Source: Carcharhinus amblyrhynchos
Taxonomy: Eukaryota
Direction: 5' to 3'
DNA length: 64,000 nucleotides
Assembly (NCBI GenBank): GCA_965287045.1
Contig: OZ336875.1
Span: 51,956,001-52,020,000 of the forward strand
The position numbers and the translations under genes were made by a program. The notes under the pieces are model-generated. The model made no database searches. It was not told the DNA's origin and saw only the letters and a program-made list of their open reading frames with translations. Below, piece after piece: positions 1 through 11,306 of the stretch; the stretch's first letter is position 1; every line of letters starts with the position of its first letter.

Positions 1-586
1 GAAAACAGGAGTTGGGACATCTTGTTGAAGTTGTATAAGACATTGGTAAGGCCACACTTGTACAGCTGTCACCCTATTATTGAAAGGATATTATTACACT
101 AGAAAGAGTGCTGAAGAGATTTACTAGGATGCTATCGAGACTTGATGGATTGAGTTATAAGGAGAGGCTGGATATATTGGGACTTTTTTCTCTGGAGCGT
201 AGGAGGCTGAGAGATGATCTTATAGAGGTCTATAAAATAACGAGGGGCATAGATAAAGAAGAGAGTCAGGAATCTTTTCCCAAAGGTAGTCTAAAACTAG
301 AGGGCATAGGTTTAGGGTGAGAGGGGAGAGATACAAAAGTGTCCAGAGGAGCAATTTTTTCACAGAGGGTGGTGAGTGTCTGGAACAAGCTGCCAGAGGT
401 AGTATTAGAGATGGGTACAATTTTGTCTTTTAAAAAGCATTTAGACAGTTACATGGGTAAAGTGGGTATAGACGGATATGGGCCAAATGCGGGCAATTGG
501 ACTAGCTTAGGGATTAAAACAAAGGGTGGCATGGACAAGTTGGGCAAAGCACCTCTTTCCATGCTGTAAAATTCTATGACTCTATA
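1..586 (+). mobile_element. CR1-clade LINE 3' fragment (ORF2 C-terminus and 3' UTR)
   Basis: ORFs 108-320 (KRFTRML..YKERL..LGLFSLERRRLRDDLIEVYKI) and 339-569 (FSQRVVSVWNKLP) are the typical CR1 ORF2 tail; ends in a ttctatgactctat-type tail. Confidence 0.9.
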
Positions 587-1233
587 ATCAAAACACGTTT
601 ATTAATTATTTTCTGTTTATGTCACCTTAATGTGTTAAAATTTGTTACGACATAGGTCTACAGCCATGAAGACCACATCTTAAAAGCACTTCATTTGGAA
701 TACCCTAATAACACGAAAGGCAAACTGCATATATTAATGAAGTCATTCATTCCTTATCATAGCTCATCTTTTCGACCAAGCTTCTGGATTGACCCTCCCA
801 GCCTGTTTTCCTCGTATCTTTCAATGAAACGGCTTGAGACAGTTCTCTGCATTAAAGGCGCCATGTAGATGCAAGCCGTTGTTGCACAGGAGGCCCAATG
901 CCATCTTCCCGTCATGTCCCCATGACGCTACAAATCTTTTTTAACTGCTTAAAACAGGGAATAAGATCCCTTTAAGAAAATGTCAATCTGTGTTCTTATT
1001 CAGGAAGCTGCACAGTGATACTTTACACCCCAGCGAAGTAATCATTCAGGGTATGCCTGCTCTAATGTACATTGTTACAACGTTAAATAAAACAAAGCAA
1101 TACAGGTAGTTTTACATTGCAAACTGCAGTCACCCCATGAAAAGAAATCGAAGCACTCGGCCCACAGATGAAGTTTAAGGTAATGGGGGAGGGGAAGCTA
1201 AAACTCTTCCCGATTCCAGATCAGCGAAATCAC

Positions 1234-1760
1234 ACTTACAAACTAAATCCGGACTAAAGTGCCAGCGATTCGGCAGTAGTTGAGGCGATTTGCCAACATC
1301 TGTTTCAAAGTTGAAGAAGCCTGAATCGGTTATGTTTGAGGGAGTCTGAGAGTGAATGTGAGGTGCGGTTCCACTGCTGTATCGTCCAGTTATTGGAAAG
1401 CGCCCGCGGGGCAATTTCTTCCCGCCTCTTGACACTCACTATCCCAGAGTTGATGTTGCAACGTTCCAACGTTAGAATGTCATGACTTTCCAACGTTCCA
1501 GCGACAGAATGTTGCAACATCACGCGGCTGGAACAACCTTTACTACCTAAGTCTCCCTTTTCTTAGGGTGATGGACGGATTGCAAGTTTCACTGACTCCC
1601 AACACCGGCCTACCCACTGTCGCGTTTCCCCTACAAGGCTGACAACAGCTTCAGCCGCCAGCTATCTATCATGTCCCGCATCTGAGCTCAGCTACTGCCT
1701 TGTCCCCAGAGCGACAGATGGTAACACCTCAGCCCAAGCTAAGTTTCCCGCGCCAACAGC
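1234..1760 (-). promoter_or_regulatory. CpG-rich putative promoter and non-coding first exon of a minus-strand gene divergent from RPLP2 (candidate PIDD1)
   Basis: Local CpG enrichment; E2F-type TTTCCCGC 1744-1751 and CTTCCCGC 1418-1425; CCAAT 1392-1396 (-); CHR TTTGAA 1304-1309 (-); donor GTAAGT 1239-1234 (-). No coding sequence in window; identity only from mammalian synteny. Confidence 0.4.
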
Positions 1761-2884
1761 TTTGCAAACAGCGACTGAACGAGTTCGCACATGTTGGCAA
1801 ATTTGTTTCTTTGTCCTTATGTGTACACCACGCAGGTGAACCAAACCGGATGATTCTGAAATTACTTTGTAGGTTGGGTGATACGCTTGCCGCAAGTTAC
1901 AGGCCTACGGACCACGAACTGGTCACAAGCGAGACATCAGTCTCGCGCATAAGACCCTCACCATTGATTGTGGGCATGGAGAATGGTGAGCGGAACTGAT
2001 CTCGCAAAGCGTTACTTTTACCAGCACAGCCTGTAACTTACCTGTGTTTTAGATATTGTTCCCAATACCAAGCGGGCAGACAAGCATATTTCCATAGTAA
2101 TTCTGAATGTTGTTTGGGAAATAATTTATTCCCTGACAGTTAATGGTATGGTGATAGAATGGTTCTGGGGGTGGGTGGGGAATGACACCAGGTAGGCCAG
2201 CTGTCAGGCTGTTTATTTCTGCATGTTACTTTGAGCTTGCCAGAATGAGAATTGTCAACTATAATTTTCACTATTATATTAACACGGATGTCATTTAATG
2301 AACCTGGCAATCCACCTGCTCAACGGAAATACTGATGCTGTCAGCTGCTTAATCGAAAGGAAGGCAGTCTGTCCAAGGTGGAAACTTTGAATGACAAATC
2401 AGCAGACTAAGGCTCCATCCAAAAAGATGGAGCTCTCGCTCACTGAAGAGACAGCATCTTCGGAGGAAATCATAAACAGTGAGCTTGAAATGGAGTGGAA
2501 AATAGTACTAGGTTTCACCTTTGTTTTATCGAACAAAAATTGGTAGGAAACCAATAAATCTTACTGGTCATACTATTCTGTTCATTCATGTATTTTGTAC
2601 TGTTTATAATACCTTGTCTTGCTATATTATTTGTCAGTCCACCTTCCTTAAAGACAGGGAAATGCACATCAGGATTCAGTAACGAGTACAAACAACAGAT
2701 ATTCAACTTACACCCTCCCCATGTTGTTTAACTGGATAATGGGAATTAAAAGTGCAGTCCAGATCTTTTGAGTATGATGTCCACTTCAATTTACATTAAG
2801 TAATATTGTACCCAAGAGGCTACCTAGTGTAAAACTTCTGATATTTTTAAAAACATGCATGGTGCTGTCAGGTATTGTTTTGTG

Positions 2885-2990
2885 CTTTGATAAAGGGTCA
2901 TGTGGACTCAAAATGTCAGCTCTTTTTTCTCCTTACAGATGCTACCAGACCTGCTGAGATTTTCCAGCGTTTTCACTATTGTTTTGTTCT
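2885..2990 (+). mobile_element. Penelope-type terminal repeat remnant with decayed hammerhead motif
   Basis: ctttgataaagggtca..gactcaaaatgtcagctc..cagatgctaccagacctgctgag; same family as 37795-37923, 41317-41395 and 43200-43305. Confidence 0.55.
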
Positions 2991-3776
2991 GGGTCCCTGA
3001 CAATACTGTCAAGCCAGCCTCCCAAGCCTTATGCTGACAACATGAAATAACACCAACAAGCTTATACTGTGAAATACTGCATTTTATGTGTGTGTTCTTA
3101 TTTTTATTCGTTCTCAGATTGTGCATGTGCCAGTAATTCTGGTATTTATAGTTGTTTGCTCTGATTTGGCAATTTTATACAACTGGCTTACTTGGTCACT
3201 TCAGAGTGCAGTTTGATGCTAGCAGGGTTTGTGTGAGAGACTGGAGTAACATAGACAGATCAGCTCAGGGCAGTAAGTTTTCTCCTCTAAAGAACATAAT
3301 TAACGAACTGGACTTTGATGATTTAGTAGCTTCATATCGTGAGACAGGGAAAATGATGTGAAGATTATGCCAGATCTGAGCTTGGAAGACATCTCTGATT
3401 TCACATTGCTATTATTCCACAATACAGTACTCCTCTGCAAAAATATATTCAGATGGCCTCCTTAACAGGAGTTTAAGGACTTGGAAATCCTGAACCTTCT
3501 CCCAGTTCAGTTCTGTATTATATGTCATTCAGTTGTGCAAACAGGGAAGATTTACTGATGAGTTGAGCTAATACATACCATAATGACAGACATAACAATC
3601 TACAATGAAAACTTGAAGGATTTCACAAGGTTCAATGTTTTTACTTAATTTACACTCCTTCCCCCAAAAAAGCAGGTGGGATTGTTGTCAGTGCAGGCTC
3701 AGTGGGCCGAATGGTCTCCTTCTGCACTATATGGATTCAATGATTTGATTCTATCTTAAATCTTCTGTAAGTCTGG

Positions 3777-4185
3777 CCGGGGGAGGAAATCTGTTGGGGG
3801 GGGGATCTTTCGGGTCAAGTCTTTCGCGTCGGTCTTTTGGGTCGGTCTTTTGGATCAAACCAAGTAAACAAACTCAAATTACATTTGGACAAAGAAAAAG
3901 GGGGCGGCTCCCCAAAAGGAGGGGGAACAGCCCGAACAGAAACAAAAAGTACAAAGGAAACTTAAGAGACGTCAAATCAAAGCGTGATTGTTGGGGTCTA
4001 TAACGCACCTCAGCCCCTGGGGTTCCCAACGGGCATGGAAGGTGTTGACTGTGCCTGCAGACACCGCATGCTCCCTCTCCAGGGACACCTGGCCATGAAT
4101 GTATAGGGGGCAGACAGTCAGGATGGACGCCCCCCCACCCCGATCGCCCGCTGCCTGGACCTATTGATGGCGCGTCTCGCCAGGC
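3777..4185 (-). mobile_element. 5'-truncated Tx1-like (L1 superfamily) LINE with 12-bp TSD
   Basis: Frameshifted minus-strand translation GLARRAINRSRQRAI / GVHPDCLP / YIHGQVSLEREHAVSAGTVNTFHARWEPQGLRCVIDPNNHALI* (stop 3974-3972) resembles Tx1 ORF2 C-termini; flanks ctgtaagtctgg (3765-3776) and ctgtaggtctgg (4186-4197). Confidence 0.7.
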
Positions 4186-4299
4186 CTGTAGGTCTGGGGA
4201 AGCACTCAGTTTCTGCATGTCCATCAGCAAGAGTTTTAGTGGAATAGGGATTCTTATGGGGCAGGGGTTCTACTAATCTTGGTCGATTGGAGACAAAGA

Positions 4300-4567
4300 C
4301 ATAGAATTATAGAATCCTTACAATGCAGAAAGAGGCCATTCAGTCCTCCAAGCCTGCATCAACAACAATCTCACCCAGGTCCTGTCCCATAAACCCATCC
4401 CCTACACTAAGGGACATTTTAGCATGGCCAATCCATCTAACCTGCATATCTTTAGACTGTGGGAGGAAACCCACGCAGATACAGGGTGAATGTGCAAACT
4501 CTACACAGACATCGACCTAAGACTGGAATTGAATCCGGATCTCCGATGCTGAGAAGCAGCAGTGCCA
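4300..4567 (-). mobile_element. tRNA-derived SINE, HE1/V-SINE-like
   Basis: Reverse complement of the family seen intact at 27098-27446 (gactgtgggaggaaacc, tgcaaactctacacagac, attgaatccgg). Confidence 0.8.
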
Positions 4568-4914
4568 AAAAAGATTTATTTTTTAAAACTCCATTACTAA
4601 AATTACAAAGCCAAGAGACCGTAAGTCAAAGTTGGCGTTGAAAAATTATTGCTGTCAGTCACAGTTAAATTTTTCTCTCGTCTTCCTGTTTGCAGAGGCA
4701 GGAAGATCAAAAAGTAGTCTTCAATGTGAATAAAAGCGTCAATTATGAAATTACGGACATGCCAAAGGTAGTAACATTTTAAACAATGTAAACATTTTAA
4801 ACTGAACCATGTTTCTTACATTGACAGGTCCATGTATACCGTAGAAAGTTCAGGAATTGTTACCATTCTTCCCCGGCTGCCCATTGCAAAGGTAGCCAAG
4901 TGCAGTTCAAAAAC

Positions 4915-5620
4915 TTCCAGCCAATGGCTTGAGGGATTACTCAGCTGACTGTATGATTGGTTGGTAGCTGGCTGGGACTGTCCAATGGTGCTGCAGGAGG
5001 CCGGCACATCATCTGTATGTCTGGGAGTCAGAGCGAGGCTCGTTCTTTTCCGCTCTGAGCGAGTGTGTGAGGGGATAGCAAAGGCCTGCTTCGCCGCACA
5101 GGTAAGCTCAGTTTCAGCACTCTCCCTCCCTTCACTGGGTAGCCGGGGCTCTGAATCCCCCTCCTCACCCATCGGATTAGCCTGGGGACCGGCGGGGAAC
5201 CTCACACCATGTGGGCTGTATCAGAGAGATGTGAGGGAGGCTCGAGGCCTAGGCAAGCAGGCCTTTGGGTGGATGGTGAGAGTAGAGGTAGGGGGAAGCA
5301 CTCTGAGCCCGGGCATCGCCCTCATTCCCCCCCCCCCCCGAGTGTTCACTCTGGCTCTGGGGATAGTTCTGCCGCTGGTAGTTGTTGGTTGATTGAGGAA
5401 TGGGCGAAGGCGCCTTCAGTCGGAATCCCATCCCCCGCTCCGCACGCGCAGCCTCCACGTGCATCGGAACGGCCTCGATTGTTACGCGGCCCGGGAGAGA
5501 TGTCACCGCGTTCGTTTTCGGAACGTTGGCGGCGTCTCCGTTCTACGGACTGCCCCCCCCCCCCCCCCCCCCGCCGCATGCTACTGCGAACCCTTTGATC
5601 CTCAGCACGTCTCCCTCCTA
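4915..5620 (+). promoter_or_regulatory. RPLP2: RPLP2 promoter / CpG island
   Basis: Three CCAAT boxes (4921-4925, 4956-4960 reverse, 4982-4986) upstream of a pyrimidine initiator; CpG-rich sequence continues into intron 1. Confidence 0.75.
5045..5101 (+). other. RPLP2: RPLP2 non-coding exon 1 with 5' terminal oligopyrimidine (TOP) tract
   Basis: CTTTTCC at 5045-5051 in a CpG island, followed by donor CAG|GTAAG at 5101/5102; typical of vertebrate ribosomal protein genes; exact TSS inferred. Confidence 0.8.
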
Positions 5621-7041
5621 GGCTAACTCATGAAAGGGGCCTACAGCCTGGAGCTGCCCCTCACTCCCAATCCACTCTACAATCCTTGCATTGCACCAGA
5701 TTGCAACCTCTATAAATATATATCGTACAGTTGTGTAAAATGTTTTTGATATTTCGAACTAAGATAATTATATTACTCGTATTTTTATTTGTCTGCTTAA
5801 CTTGGGTAGGTTAAAAGTTTCCATTTAAACTGACCGTATTGATAGATTTTTTTCTTGTCGTGTAATTTTTTTTTCTCTCATTTTCTTGGAAAGCGTTTGG
5901 AGAAACTTTGCTTAATATGTGCCGTATTAAGCATGTGACGGTACAAGTGGATTGAAGACCTGCTTATGAATGGATGTATAGGGTGGTGATTAAGGAAGCA
6001 AGTTTGTTACTTTTCAAAAACCTGTTTGACACCCTGCTGTGGAATCTTTGCAGAAGGAATTTTCTGTACATCCAAACAGAATGGATGTACCATATCACAC
6101 TATTTATTAAGGCCCTGACATTTGGATGTTTTTCTTACTTCACTCCCACCCCAAGTTTTAGCTGCATCCTCCTTTACCTCCTTACCTACTCTTAATTTCC
6201 TGCCATAATAGATTTTGTTGGATCTTGTGGGTTACGCTGTAATTACTTATTTTGACTTTGAACTGTTTCATAATGACCACTTAAATTTACAAACTTGCCT
6301 AGTGGTTGGTGGGTAGGGTCGTAGATAGGTTGGGAGCTGGGTATGGTGCCTTAACATCTAATTGGAAACAATTGACCTATCCAAATTTGTTTGGCTTTTG
6401 TGATGTCTTGGCACACGTTGGGTTGTTGGCTAACATTGGTCCATAACATTAACTATTTAAGGAAATACATACTTAATGGCAAGAATCTGTGGAACTCCCT
6501 TCTCCGGAGATTTTATGTATACAGTTGTGGTGGTCACGTCAATGGAATCTTTGCTAGATTTAGTAACATTAACAGAATAGCTGTTAGTCACGGTGATACA
6601 TTTCTATCTTAAGCAGCCACATTACCCTTCTCCATCGGACTGTCATCACAGTGCTCCAGGTACCTCTGCCAACCAAAAATATTAATCTGGCTGTTAAAAT
6701 CTCTCCAGCAGTGATACCGGCACCCTGTGCTCAGCTGTTGCTTGAATAGCACAGGTAAACCACGTTTGTGGATGACCTGCTTGAGCAAACATTGGTATTT
6801 TCACATCATCTAAAGGCTCCCTACACAACAAACAGCAACTAATAACCTTGGTACTGTGTCCCAGTGCCTTCAGGAGAACATTAATTGATCTAGGGGAGAA
6901 AAAATGAACCTGTGGTTAGCTGACAAGTTTTTTTAAACTGTAGATAGAAGTGAAGCCTAAAGGGCTGAGAGATCACAAGTTCAGCAGAAAGATAAGTTGA
7001 ATAGAAATCCTAAAATGGAATTTTTTATTTTCTTTTTCAGA

Positions 7042-7164
7042 ATGCGTTACGTTGCAGCTTACCTCCTCGCCGTGTTGGGCGGCAATGAAGCCCCATCTTC
7101 AAAGGACATCAAGAAGATTCTTGACAGTGTTGGTATTGAAGCTGACGATGAGCGACTGAATAAG
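7042..7164 (+). CDS. RPLP2: 60S acidic ribosomal protein P2, coding exon 1 (exon 2)
   Basis: ttttcag|A ATG; MRYVAAYLLAVLGGNEAPSSKDIKKILDSVGIEADDERLNK; donor AAG|gtattg; 123 nt. Confidence 0.97.
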
Positions 7165-7247
7165 GTATTGTGCTTTTGTAGATACTTGTGTTGCAATAGG
7201 CTGAATTCTGACTTTCTGGAGATAATGCTCTTTTAAATGTATTTCAG

Positions 7248-7296
7248 GTCATCAGTGAGCTGAAAGGCAAGAACGTGGATGATGTTATCGCTGCTG
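7248..7296 (+). CDS. RPLP2: 60S acidic ribosomal protein P2, exon 3
   Basis: tttcag|GTC; VISELKGKNVDDVIAA(G); donor G|gtaagc; 49 nt after an 83-nt intron. Confidence 0.97.
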
Positions 7297-7402
7297 GTAA
7301 GCAATCTCAGTTAGACTGCAGAATCTTAAACAAAATTGTTGAAATGTTCACAAAGTGCTTACTGACATGCGAAGGTTCTGAAATGCAACCCCTGTGCACA
7401 AA

Positions 7403-8987
7403 GTGAAAAGTGTGGATGAGAATCGAAAGAGCCATGAATGCATAAAGGGCAAAAGAGTAACTAGGGAAAGAGTAGGGCCTCTTAGGATCAACAAGGTCAT
7501 CTATGTGTGAATCTGCACGAGATGGGTGAGATCCTAAATTAATATTTCTCCTCAGTACTTGCTGTTGGGAAAGGCATGGATGTTGGGGAACTTGGGAAAA
7601 TAAATAGTGATGAGTTGAGGAGTGTGTGTATTACAGAGAAGGAGGTGCTCGAAATTTTAAAGTGCATTAAGATAGATGAATCCCTAGAACCTGATGAAGT
7701 TTATCCTGGATGTTGTGGGAGGCTAGGAAGGAAATTGAGACTCCTGTAGTGGAGATACTCGAATCATCAACGGCCATAGGTAAAGTGCCTGAAGATTGGA
7801 GGGTGGTAAGTGCGCTTTTGTTTAAGAAGGTCTGCAGAGAAAAGCCTGGGAACTGTAGGCTGGTGAGCCTAACATCTGTAGTGGGCAAGATGTTAGAAGG
7901 TATTCTGAGAGAATGCTACCATAGAAACCTGTTGGATTTTAACCTGGTGTTGAGACTCCTTGCCTTGATCACAGAAGGCAGAGGGTGGTTGTAGAGGGTT
8001 GTTTTTCACGCTGGAGGCCTGTGACCAACATGTGCCTCAGGGATCTGTGTTGGGTCCATTGTTGTTTGTCACTTATATTCATGATTTGGATGAGAATATA
8101 GAAGGCATGGTTAGTAAGTTTGCAGATGACACCAACATTGGTGGCATAGTGGATAGTGGCGATCAACTGGGGCAGTGGGCTGACGAATGGCAGATGGCGT
8201 TTAATTTAATAAATGCAAGGTGATGCATTTTGGTTGACTGAACCAGGGCTGGACTAACTCATTTAATGGTAGGGTGTTGGGAAGAGTTATAGAACAAAGA
8301 GATCTAGGGGTATAGTTCATATTCCTTGAAAGTGGAATCACAGGTAGTGAAGAAGGCATTCAGCATGTTTGGTTTCATTGACCAGAACATTGAATACAGG
8401 AGTTGGGACATCTTGTTTAAGTTATTACAAGACATTGGTAAAGCCACACTTAGGATTCTGTGCACAGTTCTGGTCCCCCTATTATGAAAAAGGTATTATT
8501 AAACTAGAAAGAGAAGAGATTTACTAGGAAGTACTAAGACTTGATAGTTTGAGTTATAAGGAGAGGCCAGATAGACTGGGGACCTCTTTCCCCAGAATAT
8601 AGGACACTTAGGGGTGATGTTATAGAGGATTATAAAATAATGAGGGGCATAGATAAGGTAGATAATCACTATCTTTTCCCGAAGGTAGGGAAACCTAAAC
8701 CTAAATGGCATAGATTTAAGGTGAAAGGGGGAGACACAAAAGGATCCAGTTGGGCAATTTTTTCCTCCGCAGGGTGGTGAGTGTCTAGAACAAGCTGCCA
8801 GAGGTAGTAGAGGCAAGAACAATTTTTTTAAAAAAAGCATTTAGACAGTTACATGGCTAAAATGAGTATAGAAGGGTATGGGCCTAACACTGGCAATTGG
8901 GACTAACTTCTTGGTTTAAAAGAGGGGGTGACATGGACAAGTTGGGCTGAAGGGCCTGTTTCTGTGCTGTAAACCTCTGACTCTGGT
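7403..8987 (+). mobile_element. CR1 LINE fragment (RT to 3' end) with an internal deletion, in RPLP2 intron 3
   Basis: VPEDWRV..KPGNCRLVSLTSVVGKMLE and VPQGSVLGPLLFVTYIHDL..KFADDT motifs; possible cacaaa TSD (7397-7402 / 8988-8993). Confidence 0.9.
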
Positions 8988-9639
8988 CACAAAATTCTTG
9001 CTGTAAACTAGTGGCCTCAGTAGCTGATGCTTATTTTTGATTTAGGTTAAAGTAACAGATTTATAGACACTCGCCCCTCCCCACATCAGGCCCTGCTGCC
9101 TGCCGAAGCATGTCCACTAAGGCTACTGCTGACAGTTTTCTGTAAAGTGCTTAAAATGAGTGCAATGCCAATGGATGGCATCCTTGATATAGCTGGTCAG
9201 CACATGTTAAAATCAAAAATCTGGAAGAAAACATTGGGTGTCGGTTGTAGAGACTGTTTGCTTGCTCAGGGGGGTATATTGCAGATTAAGGAGAAAGTAA
9301 CCAGATGTGATTTTTGGAACAATGCCCTGAGTTTCAGCTGTTAGAAAAGACACTGCTGGATAATTCACTGGCACTTTAAGATGATGTGGACAACAGAATG
9401 GAAATAGCTCCGATAGATTCTTAATTTAAATGCCCTTGGTTATCGCAGTTGGCTTGAAGAGATGATCTCTTGTGCAAAAGTGATTGCAGTAGCGGTCATA
9501 ATTACACCAGATATCCTGTGATTTTGAATGTGGTGATCAAGGACTTTAGGTCAAAGGGACTTGAATTTGGAGAGGTGACCATGATGAATTGCAGTGACAT
9601 TGCATGGATGAAATGGTTATTTGCCTGGGAAAAAGGCAA

Positions 9640-10446
9640 ATGACAAATTTATTGATAATAAACTTCTTGGTAGAATTGACACCCATGGGGTTGAAGGCAC
9701 AGGGGATATAAGTTTACTGATGCAACAAAAGCTGAGCATGTTAGTGGACACTTGTTTTTCTGACTGGAGGAAAATCTAACAGTGGTGTTCTCTAATGGTT
9801 GGTCTTATGCCCATTGCTCTTTGACACGTGGCTAGACTTGGGTTGTAAAAAAAAAGGTTGCAGGTGGCCCAGAACTTGGAAATGCAGTGAAGAGGGTGCT
9901 GGAAGACTTGATGGCTTAAGTGCATGTCAGGTGCTGCGTAGTATGGAGTAGCAATGATGAGGCACGATATAAACTAAACAGTACTGTTTTAAAAAGTGTA
10001 CAGCAGCAGAGTGCTGGGGATTTATGTAACGCATTTTTGCAGATGGCAGGACAGCATGATCAGGTTGATTTATAAACAAAGCATAAATTACAAAAACATC
10101 CAAGTTGCGCTAAACCTTCATAAATGATTGATTGGACCCTATCTGGAGTAATGTTGTTTGTGCATTGTACAGGAAGGATATCAAGGGCTTAGTAAGGAGC
10201 TAGAGCAAATTTACTGGGGGTGGGGAACATCAGTATCTGGAGAAGCCAGGATTGCTTACAATGAAGGATAGAGGGTTGGGAAAGGTGTTCAAAATCGGAG
10301 TCTTGATAAAATGTGAGAAATTTCCAGTAGCAGGCAGGTCAGTAACCAGAAGAGAGATTTATGGTAATTGATGAAAGAAAGGACAAGGTACGTATTTTTA
10401 CACATCTGTAACGTGCTGCCTGTAGGCTGCTGGAGACACATTCTGT
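9640..10446 (+). mobile_element. Old, degenerate CR1 fragment
   Basis: Decayed RT and C-terminal nucleotide motifs (agtggtgttc, ctggagta, caaatttactggg); no intact ORF. Confidence 0.6.
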
Positions 10447-10711
10447 AGAACTGACCTAGAATACTGTACTGAGGCCATCTGGCCCAATGTGTTATCATTC
10501 TGTTGCCCCGCAAACTTCTCACCCATCTATTCATTCATAAGAACATAAGAAATAGGAGCAGGAGTAGGCCATCTAGCCCCTCGAGATGGCCTACTCCTGC
10601 TCCTATTTCTTATGTTCTTATGAATGAATAGATGGGTGAGAAGTTTGCGGGGCAACAGAATGATAACACATTGGGCCAGATGGCCTCAGTACAGTATTCT
10701 AGGTCAGTTCT
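10447..10711. repeat. Perfect inverted repeat, 128-bp arms with 9-nt loop
   Basis: 10447-10574 is the exact reverse complement of 10584-10711; ORFs 10289-10534(-) and 10624-10863(+) share the same N-terminal 29 residues. Confidence 0.97.
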
Positions 10712-11306
10712 TTTTAAAAAAAAGACTTGAGAGAAGAATAAATCTTAATGTTGAAAGTTTTGTGAACCTGGTATTTAAGACACTGGGAAATGGTTTTGGT
10801 TTGAAGCATCCCCCAGCAGTCCAGAGAGGGAATGCTTTCTTCACAAATCAGAGTCCAAAGTAGAGATGAGCAATGGTTAAAATTGTCATCCAGTTTCCTT
10901 TACAGTTAAACCAGGTGAGTTGGGCAGAATCATCAGCCTTGGCTTAGTGATGTATTTGTGACTCAGGCACAGGTTGTGGTATCAAGCCCCAGAGTTGGAC
11001 ACGTGATATAGGCTGAAACTTCAGTGAAGTTTTGCAGGAGTGCTAACAGAAGTAATGCATTATTCCAGCTTGGATGTTAATCAAGGTCCCACCTGCCCTT
11101 TAAAGTGAGCATTGAAGATCCCATGGCAATGTTCAAGGAACTGAGTGGTCCCCTAATGTCCTCCGTCCACATCACTAAGACAAATTATCTAGTCAATATT
11201 TTAAGTGATTTCTGGTTCTATATTTGTTCCCTATATTACAATCATAACAACACTTGCCTTACTAACTGAAGTGATAGTTTTTGCTTCTTGGCGTTAGTGG
11301 TTGATC

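Noticed and set aside
2036-2044. Perfect minus-strand donor CAG|GTAAGT
   Set aside because: No supporting promoter or acceptor upstream on that strand; could be chance, though an alternative exon cannot be excluded
3807-3856. Short tandem array considered as CRISPR-like
   Set aside because: Eukaryotic context, 12-bp units with no spacers; part of a LINE 3' end
4816-5626. Overlapping 70-143 aa ORFs on both strands around the RPLP2 TSS
   Set aside because: A by-product of the GC-rich CpG island and C-runs; no recognisable domain; they cross the exon 1 donor
6720-6885. Hairpins plus a terminal ACA in RPLP2 intron 1 suggesting an H/ACA snoRNA
   Set aside because: Asymmetric hairpin without a proper pocket or H box; the 3' part resembles a decayed repeat tail
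8988-9072. ANANNA, hairpin and ACA (acaaaa..ctgtaaa/tttatag-ACA-ctc) as a relic of SNORA52 split by CR1
   Set aside because: Pocket-to-ACA spacing is off, the upper stem is weak and no rRNA guide match was found; needs a covariance-model search
10289-10863. Two ORFs with identical N-termini on opposite strands
   Set aside because: An artefact of the palindrome, not a gene duplication
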